This document shows, piece after piece, positions 18,328 through 27,675 of a DNA stretch of 64,000 nt (positions are counted from its first letter, which is position 1; every line of letters begins with the position of its first letter). The stretch comes from Terriglobales bacterium. GTDB taxonomy: Bacteria; Acidobacteriota; Terriglobia; Terriglobales; Acidobacteriaceae. The stretch spans positions 36,662 to 100,661 of the forward strand of contig JBBSFW010000001.1 of the NCBI GenBank assembly GCA_038254805.1, read 5' to 3'. The position numbers were made by a program, and so were the translations under genes. The notes under the pieces were generated by a model. The model was not told the DNA's origin. It did not search any database and saw only the letters and a list, made by a program, of their open reading frames with translations.

Positions 18328-18768
18328 TTACGATCCCGTGAGCTTGACTCGTAGATCTTCGGGGAGCCGTTCCCGAATCTCGACCGGGAGGCGATCATGC
18401 ACATGGCGGGCGCCGAGCCTGGCAACATCCACCATGGTTGCAGGAGCGGGGGTGGCGACTGCTACCACGAGCCAAATGAGCGCCGAAAGCCCAAAGCCAG
18501 TCATGGCTGCCAGTTCCAGGATTAACGAGTGGCGCGGCGCGAAATGGTGGATAACTCCAAAGGCCAGCAGGAAAACCCCTGCCGAGACTGAGGCCAGGAT
18601 GATCAGTCCTAAATCAATGCCCCGGTGCAGGCGCTGGCGGGAGCCACAGTGTTCGCAAGCTGTAAGATGGTGTTCGTAGTCGGCGCGCATCTCGGGCGCC
18701 AGGCTGGAGATGTCGTATCGCCAGCCCGCCAGGATTTTTCCCACCACAGGATCAATGCACTGACTCAT
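18328..18768 (-). CDS. hypothetical membrane protein with a zf-HC2-like motif (possible anti-sigma-type)
   Basis: HHLTACEHCGSRQ (H-x3-C-x2-C) is followed by 3 predicted TMs. No adjacent sigma factor gene. Confidence 0.4.
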   Translation of the reverse strand: MSQCIDPVVGKILAGWRYDISSLAPEMRADYEHHLTACEHCGSRQRLHRGIDLGLIILASVSAGVFLLAFGVIHHFAPRHSLILELAAMTGFGLSALIWLVVAVATPAPATMVDVARLGARHVHDRLPVEIRERLPEDLRVKLTGS

Positions 18769-18774
18769 TGAGAG

Positions 18775-19590
18775 CTAAAGAGCAATCGTTTCTGCCGGCG
18801 CATTTTGCGTGGCCAGCATGACCCGGTTATTCAAGAACGAACGTTGCGGCCCCAATGCTTTTTCCGCCGCCTGCCGCGCAATTTCAGGGTGATTGTTCTG
18901 CTCCGACAAGTGCGCCAATACGATGTAAGATGCAACTCCATCATAGTCTTGCGCAAGGAATTCAGCGAGCGACTGGTTGGACAAGTGCCCGACGCGGCTC
19001 ATCACCCGCTGCTTTACCGGCCACGGATACGGTCCAATCCGCAGCATCTCCAGGTCATGGTTGGATTCAATGACGAGTACGTCACAGCCCCGCAGATGAT
19101 CGCGCACGCTGGCCGGCATGTAGCCGAGGTCGGTGGCAATTCCGATCTTGGCGCCTTCGGCGCGGAAGGTGAAGCCCACAGGATCGGCCGCATCATGCGG
19201 AATCGTAAACGGAATCACGGTGATGTCGGCGATTTGAAATGAGCGTCCGGCAGAGAAAATCTCCAGCTTTGCAATCTCCGGCATTTCGCCGCACGCATCG
19301 CGCAAGGAGCGCGCCCAGGCATGATGGGTGGGGGCAGTCATGAACACCGGCACCTTCAGTTTTTTGGCCAGGGTTGCCAGCCCGTAAATGTGGTCGCAGT
19401 GCTCATGGGTGATGAGCACCGCGGAGACGGTGTGCGGGTCGCGGCCCATGGCTTTGAGGCGCTTGAAAGTCTCACGGCAGGAGATGCCGGCATCCACCAG
19501 GATGCGCGCACCCGAGCTTTCGATGATGGCGGTATTACCCCGGCTGCCGCTGGCCAGCACCGAGACGGAAACTCCCATATCTGGCAGCAT
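18775..19590 (-). CDS. MBL-fold metallo-hydrolase (YycJ/PhnP-like)
   Basis: VLASGSRGN...LVDAG...ITHEHCDH (HxHxDH)...SNHD...GHLSN. The start could instead be the ATG at 19578. Confidence 0.75.
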   Translation of the reverse strand: MLPDMGVSVSVLASGSRGNTAIIESSGARILVDAGISCRETFKRLKAMGRDPHTVSAVLITHEHCDHIYGLATLAKKLKVPVFMTAPTHHAWARSLRDACGEMPEIAKLEIFSAGRSFQIADITVIPFTIPHDAADPVGFTFRAEGAKIGIATDLGYMPASVRDHLRGCDVLVIESNHDLEMLRIGPYPWPVKQRVMSRVGHLSNQSLAEFLAQDYDGVASYIVLAHLSEQNNHPEIARQAAEKALGPQRSFLNNRVMLATQNAPAETIAL

Positions 19591-19674
19591 ACATTCGGCT
19601 ACTGTGGATTTGGGAGTACCTCTCTGGTTAAGCGGAACCTTTGGTCAAACGAAGGCTAACCCTCAGGGCGCAGC

Positions 19675-20016
19675 CTAGCGGTGGCGAAATAATTCATCTA
19701 CTCCCCTGCGGGCCAGTGCTCCGCCATATGCACCGGCAACTCCGGTAAGGAATCCCAGCGCGGACTCCCAGATTTGCGCCGGGTACGGCCTTTGCGTCAT
19801 TAGCAAATATGCGGCCAGGCGGACCGAAGGTACAAAGACGCCGACCACAATAATCCACCTCCAGGGTCTCCGCGGCCTCATAAATCCGAGCACCAGGGTC
19901 GAAATCAGCACAAAAAGCGCCGTGGCCAGCAAATCACCTACGGTGATCTCCAGAAGCCCAGCGCAGAGTCCGAGAAGGATACCGAAGGCAAAGATGGGGA
20001 CGCCGGATTTCTCCAT
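19675..20016 (-). CDS. hypothetical small membrane protein (about 4 TM)
   Basis: Hydrophobic 113-aa ORF. No family recognised. Confidence 0.35.
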   Translation of the reverse strand: MEKSGVPIFAFGILLGLCAGLLEITVGDLLATALFVLISTLVLGFMRPRRPWRWIIVVGVFVPSVRLAAYLLMTQRPYPAQIWESALGFLTGVAGAYGGALARRGVDELFRHR

Positions 20017-20047
20017 ATTGATTTCAGGCTTTGATTTAATACTGGAT

Positions 20048-20896
20048 TTAATACTTGTAGAATCCCCGGCCAGATTTCTTTCCCAACCAGCCGGCGTCCA
20101 CCATTTTGGTCAGCAGCGGACATGGCCGGTATTTGGGATCGCCTAAGCCGGTTTGCAACACCCGCATGATATCGAGACAGACGTCAAGGCCAATGAAGTC
20201 GGCCAACGTCAGCGGGCCCATAGGATGATTCATGCCCAGCTTGAAAACCTCGTCCACCGCTTCAGGGGTTGCCACCCCTTCCATGACCGCATACATGGCT
20301 TCGTTCAGTAACGGCATGAGAACGCGGTTGGAAACGAATCCGGGGGCATCGTTCACCTCCACCGGCGTTTTTTCAAGCTTGATTGCCAGCTCGCGCACGG
20401 TTTGAAAGTTCTGGTCACTGGTGGCCAGGCCGCGAACCACTTCCACCAGCTTCATAACCGGCACCGGATTGAAGAAATGCATGCCGATCACGTTCGCGGG
20501 ACGAGTAGTGGCCGCAGCCAGCTTAGTGATGGAAATGGAAGACGTGTTCGAAGCCAGAATGACATCGGAGCGGCAAATGCGGTCCAGATCCCGGAAAAGC
20601 TCAGACTTGATATCGAGTTTCTCTGATGCTGCTTCAACGACGAAATCGCAGCTCGAAAGCTGGTTGCGATCGATGACGGCAACGATTCGTTGCAGCACCT
20701 CCGACTTCTGGCTGCCGGTGATCCTGCCTTTGGCAGCATCGCGATCGAGGTTCTTAGCAATGGTGGCCAGGGCGCGATCCAGGAATTTTTGTTCGAGGTC
20801 GCACAAAGTGACCCGATATCCTGCGCGCGCAAACGTGTGCGCTATGCCATTGCCCATGGTTCCCGCGCCGATCACTCCCACTTGTTCGATCGCCAT
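20048..20896 (-). CDS. hbd: 3-hydroxybutyryl-CoA dehydrogenase
   Basis: VGVIGAGTMGNGIAH...NTSSISIT...GMHFFNPVPVMKLVE...PGFVSNR...MNHPMGPLTLADFIGLD covers the 3HCDH N and C domains. Confidence 0.85.
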   Translation of the reverse strand: MAIEQVGVIGAGTMGNGIAHTFARAGYRVTLCDLEQKFLDRALATIAKNLDRDAAKGRITGSQKSEVLQRIVAVIDRNQLSSCDFVVEAASEKLDIKSELFRDLDRICRSDVILASNTSSISITKLAAATTRPANVIGMHFFNPVPVMKLVEVVRGLATSDQNFQTVRELAIKLEKTPVEVNDAPGFVSNRVLMPLLNEAMYAVMEGVATPEAVDEVFKLGMNHPMGPLTLADFIGLDVCLDIMRVLQTGLGDPKYRPCPLLTKMVDAGWLGKKSGRGFYKY

Positions 20897-21052
20897 GCAA
20901 ATACTCCGCTCGGTTTAAAAGCAGCAAGTCTAACACCGTGGGCCAACCTTCTCTGCCTCGCAGTATTCCGGTCGAAACTTTCATTGCGCATGCGGGTTTG
21001 AGTTTCCTGGGTGCGGTCAGAAGCGTCAGAGGCCGCTTTCGCAGGAGGACAT

Positions 21053-21505
21053 ATGAAGAACATCATCGGAACAGCAGCGCTGGTGATCGCCATGGCGGCC
21101 GGCTCGGCGGGATTCGCCGCTGCCCAGAATTATGGCTACGATTACGGCTACGACCGTGATGACCGCCGTTACCACGATGCCGACGATTATCGTTACAGCA
21201 GCCAGTATCACAACCGCGATGGGTATAGTTTTGGTTATAGTTACGGTTATGGATACGGCGATTCCCACCGGGGTTATCATGCGGCTACAGAATTTGGCTT
21301 CCGCGATGGCGCCCAGGTAGCCCGCGAAGACATGTGGCGAGGCAAGCCTTTCAACCCCATGCCGCGGGGCCGCTACGATGACGCCGACCACGGCTACAGC
21401 CGCGCTTTCGGCAACAGGCATGAGTATCGCGAACACTATGCCGACGCCTATCGCCGGGGTTACGAAAGCGCTTTTCGCGGGTATCGAAACGGATATGACA
21501 GATAA
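21053..21505 (+). CDS. secreted low-complexity Tyr/Gly/Asp/Arg-rich protein
   Basis: ATG at 21053 with AGGAGG upstream. Signal peptide MKNIIGTAALVIAMAAGSAGFAAA. The mature part has GY/YG/YD repeats (NYGYDYGYDRDDRRYHDADDYRY...GYSFGYSYGYGYGD...). A strong terminator follows. Confidence 0.6.
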   Translation: MKNIIGTAALVIAMAAGSAGFAAAQNYGYDYGYDRDDRRYHDADDYRYSSQYHNRDGYSFGYSYGYGYGDSHRGYHAATEFGFRDGAQVAREDMWRGKPFNPMPRGRYDDADHGYSRAFGNRHEYREHYADAYRRGYESAFRGYRNGYDR

Positions 21506-21522
21506 GTTGCAACAACGGGCAG

Positions 21523-21556
21523 AAGGCCGCCGGCAGTATCGGCGGCCTTTTTGTTT
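21523..21556 (+). terminator. rho-independent terminator
   Basis: AAGGCCGCCG-gcagtat-CGGCGGCCTT is a perfect 10-bp GC-rich stem, followed by TTTGTTT. It lies between convergent genes. Confidence 0.8.
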
Positions 21557-23839
21557 CTACTCTGGAGAAAGCGTCTCGTCGATGGCAAGTTTTTCACTTT
21601 GCTTGACAGTGATGACGCGGTGCACGTTGCGGCGCCCCGACATGCTGATGTCAATCAAGTAAGTTCCGGGATTCAAATAGAAATCGAATGGCGCCGTCTT
21701 GTCGAGAACCTGGTTGTTGACCATGATTTGAGCGCCCTTGGGTTGAGTTTTAACGCTCACTATCCCCATGCCTGAAGTGTCGCCCCCGCCAAAGATCTTC
21801 TTAAATTTCCCCCCAGCGCCACGGATTTTGTCAGTGCTCCCAAGTGACTTGAGGTTTAGATTCAGAGTCGCGGTCTGGCCGGCGTCGGCGCTGGCTGAAC
21901 TGGTCTCCTCCAGATAGCCTTCCCGTCTTACTACTACCGTGTGTGCTCCCGGCTTTTCTAAAGAAAATACGGCCGGAGTAATTTTGCCAGTGTCTTTGCC
22001 GTCCACAAGAATCATTGCTCCGGCGGGCGAACTGGTTATCGATAGTTTGGCGGCAAGCTGATTCAAAGTGAGCGAGAGCGAAGAACTCTCGCCTGCGGAC
22101 ATGGCGATGGTGCGGCTTTCAGGGCCATACCCGGGCTTGGTTGCCGCGATTACGTGCTGGCCGGGCGCAATCCCCGTGAGCGCGCAGGGCGTTTCGCAAA
22201 CCGCGCCGCCGTCAAATGCAATCTGCACTCCCGCGGGGTTGGAAATAATCGAGAGCTGCGCAACAGCTACGGCGGGGACGGGGAGTGCGGGTTTCGCATT
22301 TCCTAACTTCAGTTTTTTCGAGGCTCTCGCGGCTGCAATTGCGGCAGCGCGGCCTTCAGTCTGTTCTGCCTGCGTTTGGGCGGGCTGCGCACTCGCGGCT
22401 GACGGAGGGGCAACAGAAGTGATGGGCGGTGCTTTCGCCGTCGCGGGATCTGTTTGCATTTCCGCCGACGCAGCGGGGGCGGACGTAGTACCAGTCTGCT
22501 CACGATCTGCCAAATAGTTATGCACCATGAGTCCTGTGATGGCTGCGGCAATCAGCACCCCAGCAACCACTAACGCCGACAGGTACAACTTGGGCGGCGT
22601 GTGGCGAATTTCAGTAACCGCCTTCTGCGCTGCCTTACTAACCCGGATCTTGGTCTTGTCGGGCGCAGATTTATTCAGCCGCGCTTGGGGGAGCGGATCA
22701 GGCTCCGGAGGCTCCTCAGCAACCGGGGCCGGGGAAGCCGGGACATAAGATTCCTTCAACGGCGGCATTTGGTCGATCTCAGAAAAACTGCTGGCGGCCG
22801 GCCCGCTGTCGGGACTCTTGGCCGGCTTCTTGATCGTCATTGGATCAACTGCCAAGCTGGACTTAGCATCTCCGGGCAAGGTTACCGTGGATGCCGTCAC
22901 ACTCGGCCGTGGAGTGGGCGGCATTGCCGGCTGGCCGCTGGAAATTGCGCTTGTTCCGACGGCGGCGGCGCGCGTTTTTGGTTCAAATAAAGCTGCGAAG
23001 GTGGCGGCCTTGTTCGCGGTCTTGCACTGCTCCAGATCGCGCAATAAATCCTGCCCTGACTGGTACCGGCCGGAAGGAGATTTTGAGATCGCCTTCATAA
23101 TCAAATCACTCAACCCAGGATTCAAGTCGGCTTTGAGGCGAAGCGGCGCAGGAGGTGTGCTCTCAAGGATGGCGTGGCGGACCTGGTCAACGGTCTCTCC
23201 GCCGAACGCCTTCTGTTCGGTAGCCATTTCGTAAAGGATGGCTCCCAGGCTGAACAGCGCCGAGCGATGATCGCAGGGCTCACCCCGCAACTGTTCCGGA
23301 GAATAGTAATGAAACGCTTCGGGAACGCTTTCCGGCGGAGTAACGCTGGCGGTCATCGAAGAGATCCCAAAGCCCAGGACCTTTACCAGCCCCTCCCATT
23401 GCACCATGATCTTCGCGGGTTCGAGCGATTGATGCACCACGCGATGAACCTGGGCATGATCCAGCACATGGCAAAGCTGACGGGCAATATCCTGCAGGTC
23501 CCATATGGAGAACCCGTCTTTGCGGGCAAGTGTGGTTGCGACGGAATTGCCCTGCACGTACTCAGTCGCCGCAAGAAGTTGGTCGCCCTCATCACCAACG
23601 CCGTACAGCACTGCGATGTTGTGACTGTTGAGTGGCTTGGATTGGTCTGCCTCTTCGAAGACCCGCGTCACCAAAGCAGCGCGGTCTGCGGCCTTCCCTA
23701 AGTCGACGACCTTCAAAGCAACCGTCTTCTGACTGTCAGGATCCAGCGCCTTAAACACGGTCGCGACAGGCGACTGGGAGATCTGACTTACGAGTTCGAA
23801 ACGCCCGAGTTTGTTCGACATTTCTACCTGTCCAGCCAT
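21557..23839 (-). CDS. Ser/Thr protein kinase with one TM and C-terminal PEGA repeats
   Basis: Kinase subdomains are present (VALKVV, HRVVHQSLEPAKIMV, VKVLGFG, YYSPEQ). A Pro/Ala/Ser-rich linker leads to a TM (LYLSALVVAGVLIAAAITGLMV), then three PEGA-like repeats (ISNPAGVQIAFDG, ITSSPAGAMILVDG, VKTQPKGAQIMVNN). Confidence 0.85.
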   Translation of the reverse strand: MAGQVEMSNKLGRFELVSQISQSPVATVFKALDPDSQKTVALKVVDLGKAADRAALVTRVFEEADQSKPLNSHNIAVLYGVGDEGDQLLAATEYVQGNSVATTLARKDGFSIWDLQDIARQLCHVLDHAQVHRVVHQSLEPAKIMVQWEGLVKVLGFGISSMTASVTPPESVPEAFHYYSPEQLRGEPCDHRSALFSLGAILYEMATEQKAFGGETVDQVRHAILESTPPAPLRLKADLNPGLSDLIMKAISKSPSGRYQSGQDLLRDLEQCKTANKAATFAALFEPKTRAAAVGTSAISSGQPAMPPTPRPSVTASTVTLPGDAKSSLAVDPMTIKKPAKSPDSGPAASSFSEIDQMPPLKESYVPASPAPVAEEPPEPDPLPQARLNKSAPDKTKIRVSKAAQKAVTEIRHTPPKLYLSALVVAGVLIAAAITGLMVHNYLADREQTGTTSAPAASAEMQTDPATAKAPPITSVAPPSAASAQPAQTQAEQTEGRAAAIAAARASKKLKLGNAKPALPVPAVAVAQLSIISNPAGVQIAFDGGAVCETPCALTGIAPGQHVIAATKPGYGPESRTIAMSAGESSSLSLTLNQLAAKLSITSSPAGAMILVDGKDTGKITPAVFSLEKPGAHTVVVRREGYLEETSSASADAGQTATLNLNLKSLGSTDKIRGAGGKFKKIFGGGDTSGMGIVSVKTQPKGAQIMVNNQVLDKTAPFDFYLNPGTYLIDISMSGRRNVHRVITVKQSEKLAIDETLSPE

Positions 23840-23855
23840 GAGTTCTGTAAGCTTT

Positions 23856-23872
23856 GCCCTATATCATAGGGC
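23856..23872. promoter_or_regulatory. perfect 7-bp inverted repeat GCCCTAT-atc-ATAGGGC upstream of the kinase start
   Basis: Read directly from the sequence. The repeat ends 17 nt upstream of the ATG at 23839. No T-tract follows on either strand, so it is not an obvious terminator. Confidence 0.3.
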
Positions 23873-23971
23873 ACTGGGAGGATGATAGATCGGCCGCGAT
23901 GAGAACGGAGATTACCGAAGTACTCTGGAAAAATGGCCTTCAAAGACGAGTAAACAGAGGCCGGGGTGCTT

Positions 23972-24526
23972 TTAGCCCTCTGCGCTGAGCCAATTACGAA
24001 TGATCTGCCGAACCTTGGCGCCTTCTATCCGGCGGCGAACTGCGTCCATAACAGTGAATTTGGCTCGTTCCGTGCTTCCGCGAAAACCGACCCAGTAGGG
24101 AACGTGAATTTCTGCGCCCAGCTTCGCGGAAATGTTCAGCTCGCGAACGCGGAAAAAGCCGGTCGAGAACAGCAAGCGCTGCGCCCTGGTGATGGCGATC
24201 TGGGCGGCTGCTTCCTGCGAAATCAGGCTCGCGGCATGGTTCCGCGTCTCAGCTGAGACAAGTTCCTCTTCGCCTGGATGCTGGGGAAACGAATAGGGCG
24301 TCAACGTGCCCGTCGTCGAATCGATGGCCATGATTCGGGTTTCCAGCTTACCCCGGTTCCGTACATCAAGGTGGAAAACGCGAAACGGAATGTAGAAATC
24401 AGCAACCGACCGCAAGGGACCGGATAATGCCCGCCGAACCGGGCGCAGCAGCCCGGGGCAAGAAAATTGTTCGATTGCCTCTTCCCGCGTGACATTGGCC
24501 CGAAGGCTGCGGATCTTAGCCATCAA
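23972..24526 (-). CDS. hypothetical protein (184 aa)
   Basis: Begins 4 nt after the symporter stop, co-directional with the kinase. No family recognised (FYIPFRVFHLDV...HVPYWVGFRG). Confidence 0.5.
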   Translation of the reverse strand: MMAKIRSLRANVTREEAIEQFSCPGLLRPVRRALSGPLRSVADFYIPFRVFHLDVRNRGKLETRIMAIDSTTGTLTPYSFPQHPGEEELVSAETRNHAASLISQEAAAQIAITRAQRLLFSTGFFRVRELNISAKLGAEIHVPYWVGFRGSTERAKFTVMDAVRRRIEGAKVRQIIRNWLSAEG

Positions 24527-24529
24527 CCG

Positions 24530-26224
24530 CTACCGGAAATAGATCCACAAACCAATCACGGTTCCCACCAGCAACAGGCTGAAGGCCAGGTTCAGCTTGT
24601 GCTCTTTTTCGGTTTCGGCTGCAGGCTTATAAATCGCCCCAGGGGTCACCGGAACCACGTCCATTTTTTCGCCCACAGTCGCAAACGTAAGCCCCGCCAG
24701 TTTCCTGCGCTCTGGCGCAGGTGACACCAGGCTGACTCCCACCAGCACGGCGCAGCAGATCACGAACATGAGAATTGAATAATGCAGAAAATTCATCGAA
24801 ACCAGCCACTGGAGAGATGACGCCATGCCAACGCCCCCCGGATACATCAGTTCCAGGATGAACCGCAGCGCGCCCAGAACGAAACCTGTCAAAAGCGAAC
24901 TGATCGCTCCCAGAGCATTGAGGCGCGTCCAAAGAATGCCGAGAATGAAACAGGCAGCAATCGGAGGACTAATGTAGCCCTGCACGCTCTGCAAATAAAC
25001 ATAAAGCTGGCTGCTGATCCGGTTGATAAAAGGCACCCAGGCAATACCCAGCAGCACCATCACTCCGGTCATGATGCGGCCAAACCCAACCAGTTGCTTT
25101 TCGTTAGCGTTGGGCCGGATCTTCTTATAGAAGTCCAGCGTAACCAGAGTGGACGCCGAATTGAATACGGAGCTCATTGCCCCCATGAGGGCCGCCAGCA
25201 GCGCGGCAATCATCAATCCAACAAGGCCGGTGGGGAGCAGATTGATGATTAATGTGGGATAAGCGATATCGCCGTTGAGCACCTCTCCATGCGGACCGAA
25301 TCTGAACAGGTCGTGAAAAAGCGCAACCGCGATCAACCCCGGAAGCACCAAAATGAAGACTGGCAGGACTTTCAAAAATCCCGCAAAGATGGTCCCGGCC
25401 TTCGCGTGCCCTTCATCTTTGGCAGAAAGTACGCGCTGCACAATAACCTGATCGGTGCACCAGTACCAGATGCCTAATATGGGCGCCCCAAAAAATATCC
25501 CGGTCCAGGGAAAGTCCGGGTCTGTGATGGGCTTTACCATGTGGAAGTAGCTGTCTGGCACGGCGCTTCGGAGTCCGGCAAATCCGCCCACGCGGTGCAT
25601 TCCTATCAGCGTGAGAACGACGGCCCCGAAGATCAAGATCAGGGTTTGAACCAGATCGGTGTAAATAACCGCCGCCAGGCCCCCAGCAATGGTGTAAATG
25701 CCGGTGGCTACGACCAGAATCACCGCCACCCAAAGGGCATTAACGTCCAAGACTCGCTGAATTACCACCGCCGCCGCGTACAAGTGAACGGAAATCTTAG
25801 TAAATACGTATGCAATGATTGAGATTCCCGCAAGGTATACGGCGCACGACCGGTTGAAGCGCCGCTCCAGGAACTCTGGCATGGTGAACACATTCGAGCG
25901 CAGATAGAAGGGCACGAATACCCAGCCCAGTAAGAGCAGAATTAGACAAGCTAGCCATTCAAAATCGCCGACAGCCAAGCCGGAAGTGGCCCCGGAACCC
26001 GCAAGCCCGATGAAGTGCTCAGTCGAAATATTGGAGACAAAAAGTGAGGCGCCAATGGCAAACCATCCCACATCGCGTCCCGCGAGGAAGTATTCAGTGG
26101 AAGTGCGTTCGCGGCGCGCGAAGTAAAACCCAATCGCAAAAATCACCACGAAGTACACCGCGATGATTGCGATGTCGGGTGCAGCAAGGGCCTTGTGGGT
26201 AACGTGGGCCGTAGTTTGCAGCAT
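24530..26224 (-). CDS. sodium:solute symporter (SSS/SGLT family)
   Basis: About 13-14 TMs, with FARRERTSTEYFLAGRDVGWFAIGASLFVSNISTEHFIGLAG. ATG at 26224 has GGAGG upstream. The ORF-track start at 26308 is an extension. Confidence 0.85.
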   Translation of the reverse strand: MLQTTAHVTHKALAAPDIAIIAVYFVVIFAIGFYFARRERTSTEYFLAGRDVGWFAIGASLFVSNISTEHFIGLAGSGATSGLAVGDFEWLACLILLLLGWVFVPFYLRSNVFTMPEFLERRFNRSCAVYLAGISIIAYVFTKISVHLYAAAVVIQRVLDVNALWVAVILVVATGIYTIAGGLAAVIYTDLVQTLILIFGAVVLTLIGMHRVGGFAGLRSAVPDSYFHMVKPITDPDFPWTGIFFGAPILGIWYWCTDQVIVQRVLSAKDEGHAKAGTIFAGFLKVLPVFILVLPGLIAVALFHDLFRFGPHGEVLNGDIAYPTLIINLLPTGLVGLMIAALLAALMGAMSSVFNSASTLVTLDFYKKIRPNANEKQLVGFGRIMTGVMVLLGIAWVPFINRISSQLYVYLQSVQGYISPPIAACFILGILWTRLNALGAISSLLTGFVLGALRFILELMYPGGVGMASSLQWLVSMNFLHYSILMFVICCAVLVGVSLVSPAPERRKLAGLTFATVGEKMDVVPVTPGAIYKPAAETEKEHKLNLAFSLLLVGTVIGLWIYFR

Positions 26225-26504
26225 AGTCCTCCACCAGATTTCCGGCCGCTGGCATTGCCAGCTGACCAGGAACGCCGAGAATGTAAATGATTGAGCCAGT
26301 GGAAGCAATCAAAAACCGTGAGTGAAGCCTGGCGACATGAACGTGACAAATGTCAGCCCGGCGCTCTGACGATCTGCACTGGCAGGTTAAAACCTGGTGG
26401 ATAATATTGGGACGGTTGTTGATCGGCGCTCAATCGTCTATGCTGAGTGCCTGCTTGTCGGGCTTTCATCTCAGCCGCAGTGCGATTTCTCCCGGAGTTC
26501 GAAC

Positions 26505-27659
26505 ATGACCTTAACCCGTTTTGTGAGGAAAAATGCCTTCCGCAATAAGAGGCGCAGCATCCTTACTGTCCTGAGCATGGCTTTCTCGCTGCTGCTGCTG
26601 TCTTTCCTGATGTCGGTGTGGCGGGCGTTTTACATTGATCAGGGAAGTGCTGAGTCGGCGCAACGGCTGATTGTGCGGCACAAGGTCTCGCTGGCCAACT
26701 TCATTCCATCGTTCTACCGGGAAAAAATCCGAACCATCCCGGGCGTGGTGCGCGTTTTGCCGGTCAACTGGTTCCAGGGTATCTACAGGGATCAGAAGCC
26801 GGAGAATTTCTTCGCCCGCTTTGGCACCGATCCGGAAGAATTTTTCGCCACCTATAAAGAACTGTCGATCTCCGCTGAGCAGGAGCAGGCCTGGAAGAGA
26901 GACCGCGCCGGTGCAGTGGCTGACGCGGCCCTGGCCAAAAAATATGGCTGGAAGATCGGCGACCGCATCGTGATTACCGGGGATATTTATCCCATCAAGC
27001 TGGAGCTGACACTGCGAGGAATCTTCACTGCCTCACAGCCCAACAACGCTTTGTACTTCAATTGGAAATACGTTGAGGAAGGTCTGGCCTTCGCCAAAGG
27101 CAAGGCGGGCACGTTCGGGATTCTGGTGGATTCGCCGCAGAATGTAAGCAAAGTCGCGAAGACGGTTGACGACATGTTCGCCAATGCCCCGGAGCCGACC
27201 AAAACCGAGACCGAAAAAGGTTTTCAACTCGGCTTCATCAACATGCTGGGCAATGTGAAGGCCTTTATTCTGGTGATTTCGCTGGCGGCAGTATTCACCA
27301 TCCTCCTGGTTTCGGGAAACACCATGGCCATGTCTATCCGAGAGCGGACACGTGAAGTTGCGGTGTTAAAGACCCTCGGCTTCCGCCGGCAAACCATTCT
27401 GGGATTATTTATCGGAGAAGCAGTGGCGATCGCGCTGATCGGGGGCATTGTGGGCACGCTGGTGGCTTACCCACTACTCTTTGGGATGTCTCAAGCGCCC
27501 CAATTGGGCGGCCTGTTTCTGGTTGCCCTGCGGGAATGGAAGTACGTCGCACCGGTGGCATGGGGAGTGGCCATCCTCTCCGGTTTTCTGAGCTCCGCGA
27601 TTCCGGCCTACGGAGCCTCACGCACCGGCATAGTGGAGGGTCTGCGGCACATCGGCTAA
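26505..27659 (+). CDS. ABC transporter permease, MacB/FtsX type
   Basis: N-terminal TM, a large periplasmic domain, then a C-terminal FtsX 3-TM bundle (RERTREVAVLKTLGFRR). ATG at 26505 has GGAG upstream. Confidence 0.8.
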   Translation: MTLTRFVRKNAFRNKRRSILTVLSMAFSLLLLSFLMSVWRAFYIDQGSAESAQRLIVRHKVSLANFIPSFYREKIRTIPGVVRVLPVNWFQGIYRDQKPENFFARFGTDPEEFFATYKELSISAEQEQAWKRDRAGAVADAALAKKYGWKIGDRIVITGDIYPIKLELTLRGIFTASQPNNALYFNWKYVEEGLAFAKGKAGTFGILVDSPQNVSKVAKTVDDMFANAPEPTKTETEKGFQLGFINMLGNVKAFILVISLAAVFTILLVSGNTMAMSIRERTREVAVLKTLGFRRQTILGLFIGEAVAIALIGGIVGTLVAYPLLFGMSQAPQLGGLFLVALREWKYVAPVAWGVAILSGFLSSAIPAYGASRTGIVEGLRHIG

Positions 27660-27675
27660 GAGGCGCAAAATCTTT

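Noticed and set aside
21026-21436. 136-aa Val/Ile/Ala/Thr-rich ORF on the minus strand, plus the 21132-21320 plus-strand ORF
   Set aside because: These are alternative-frame readings of the repetitive Tyr/Gly-rich gene. The sense gene has an SD, a signal peptide and a terminator, and these frames have none.
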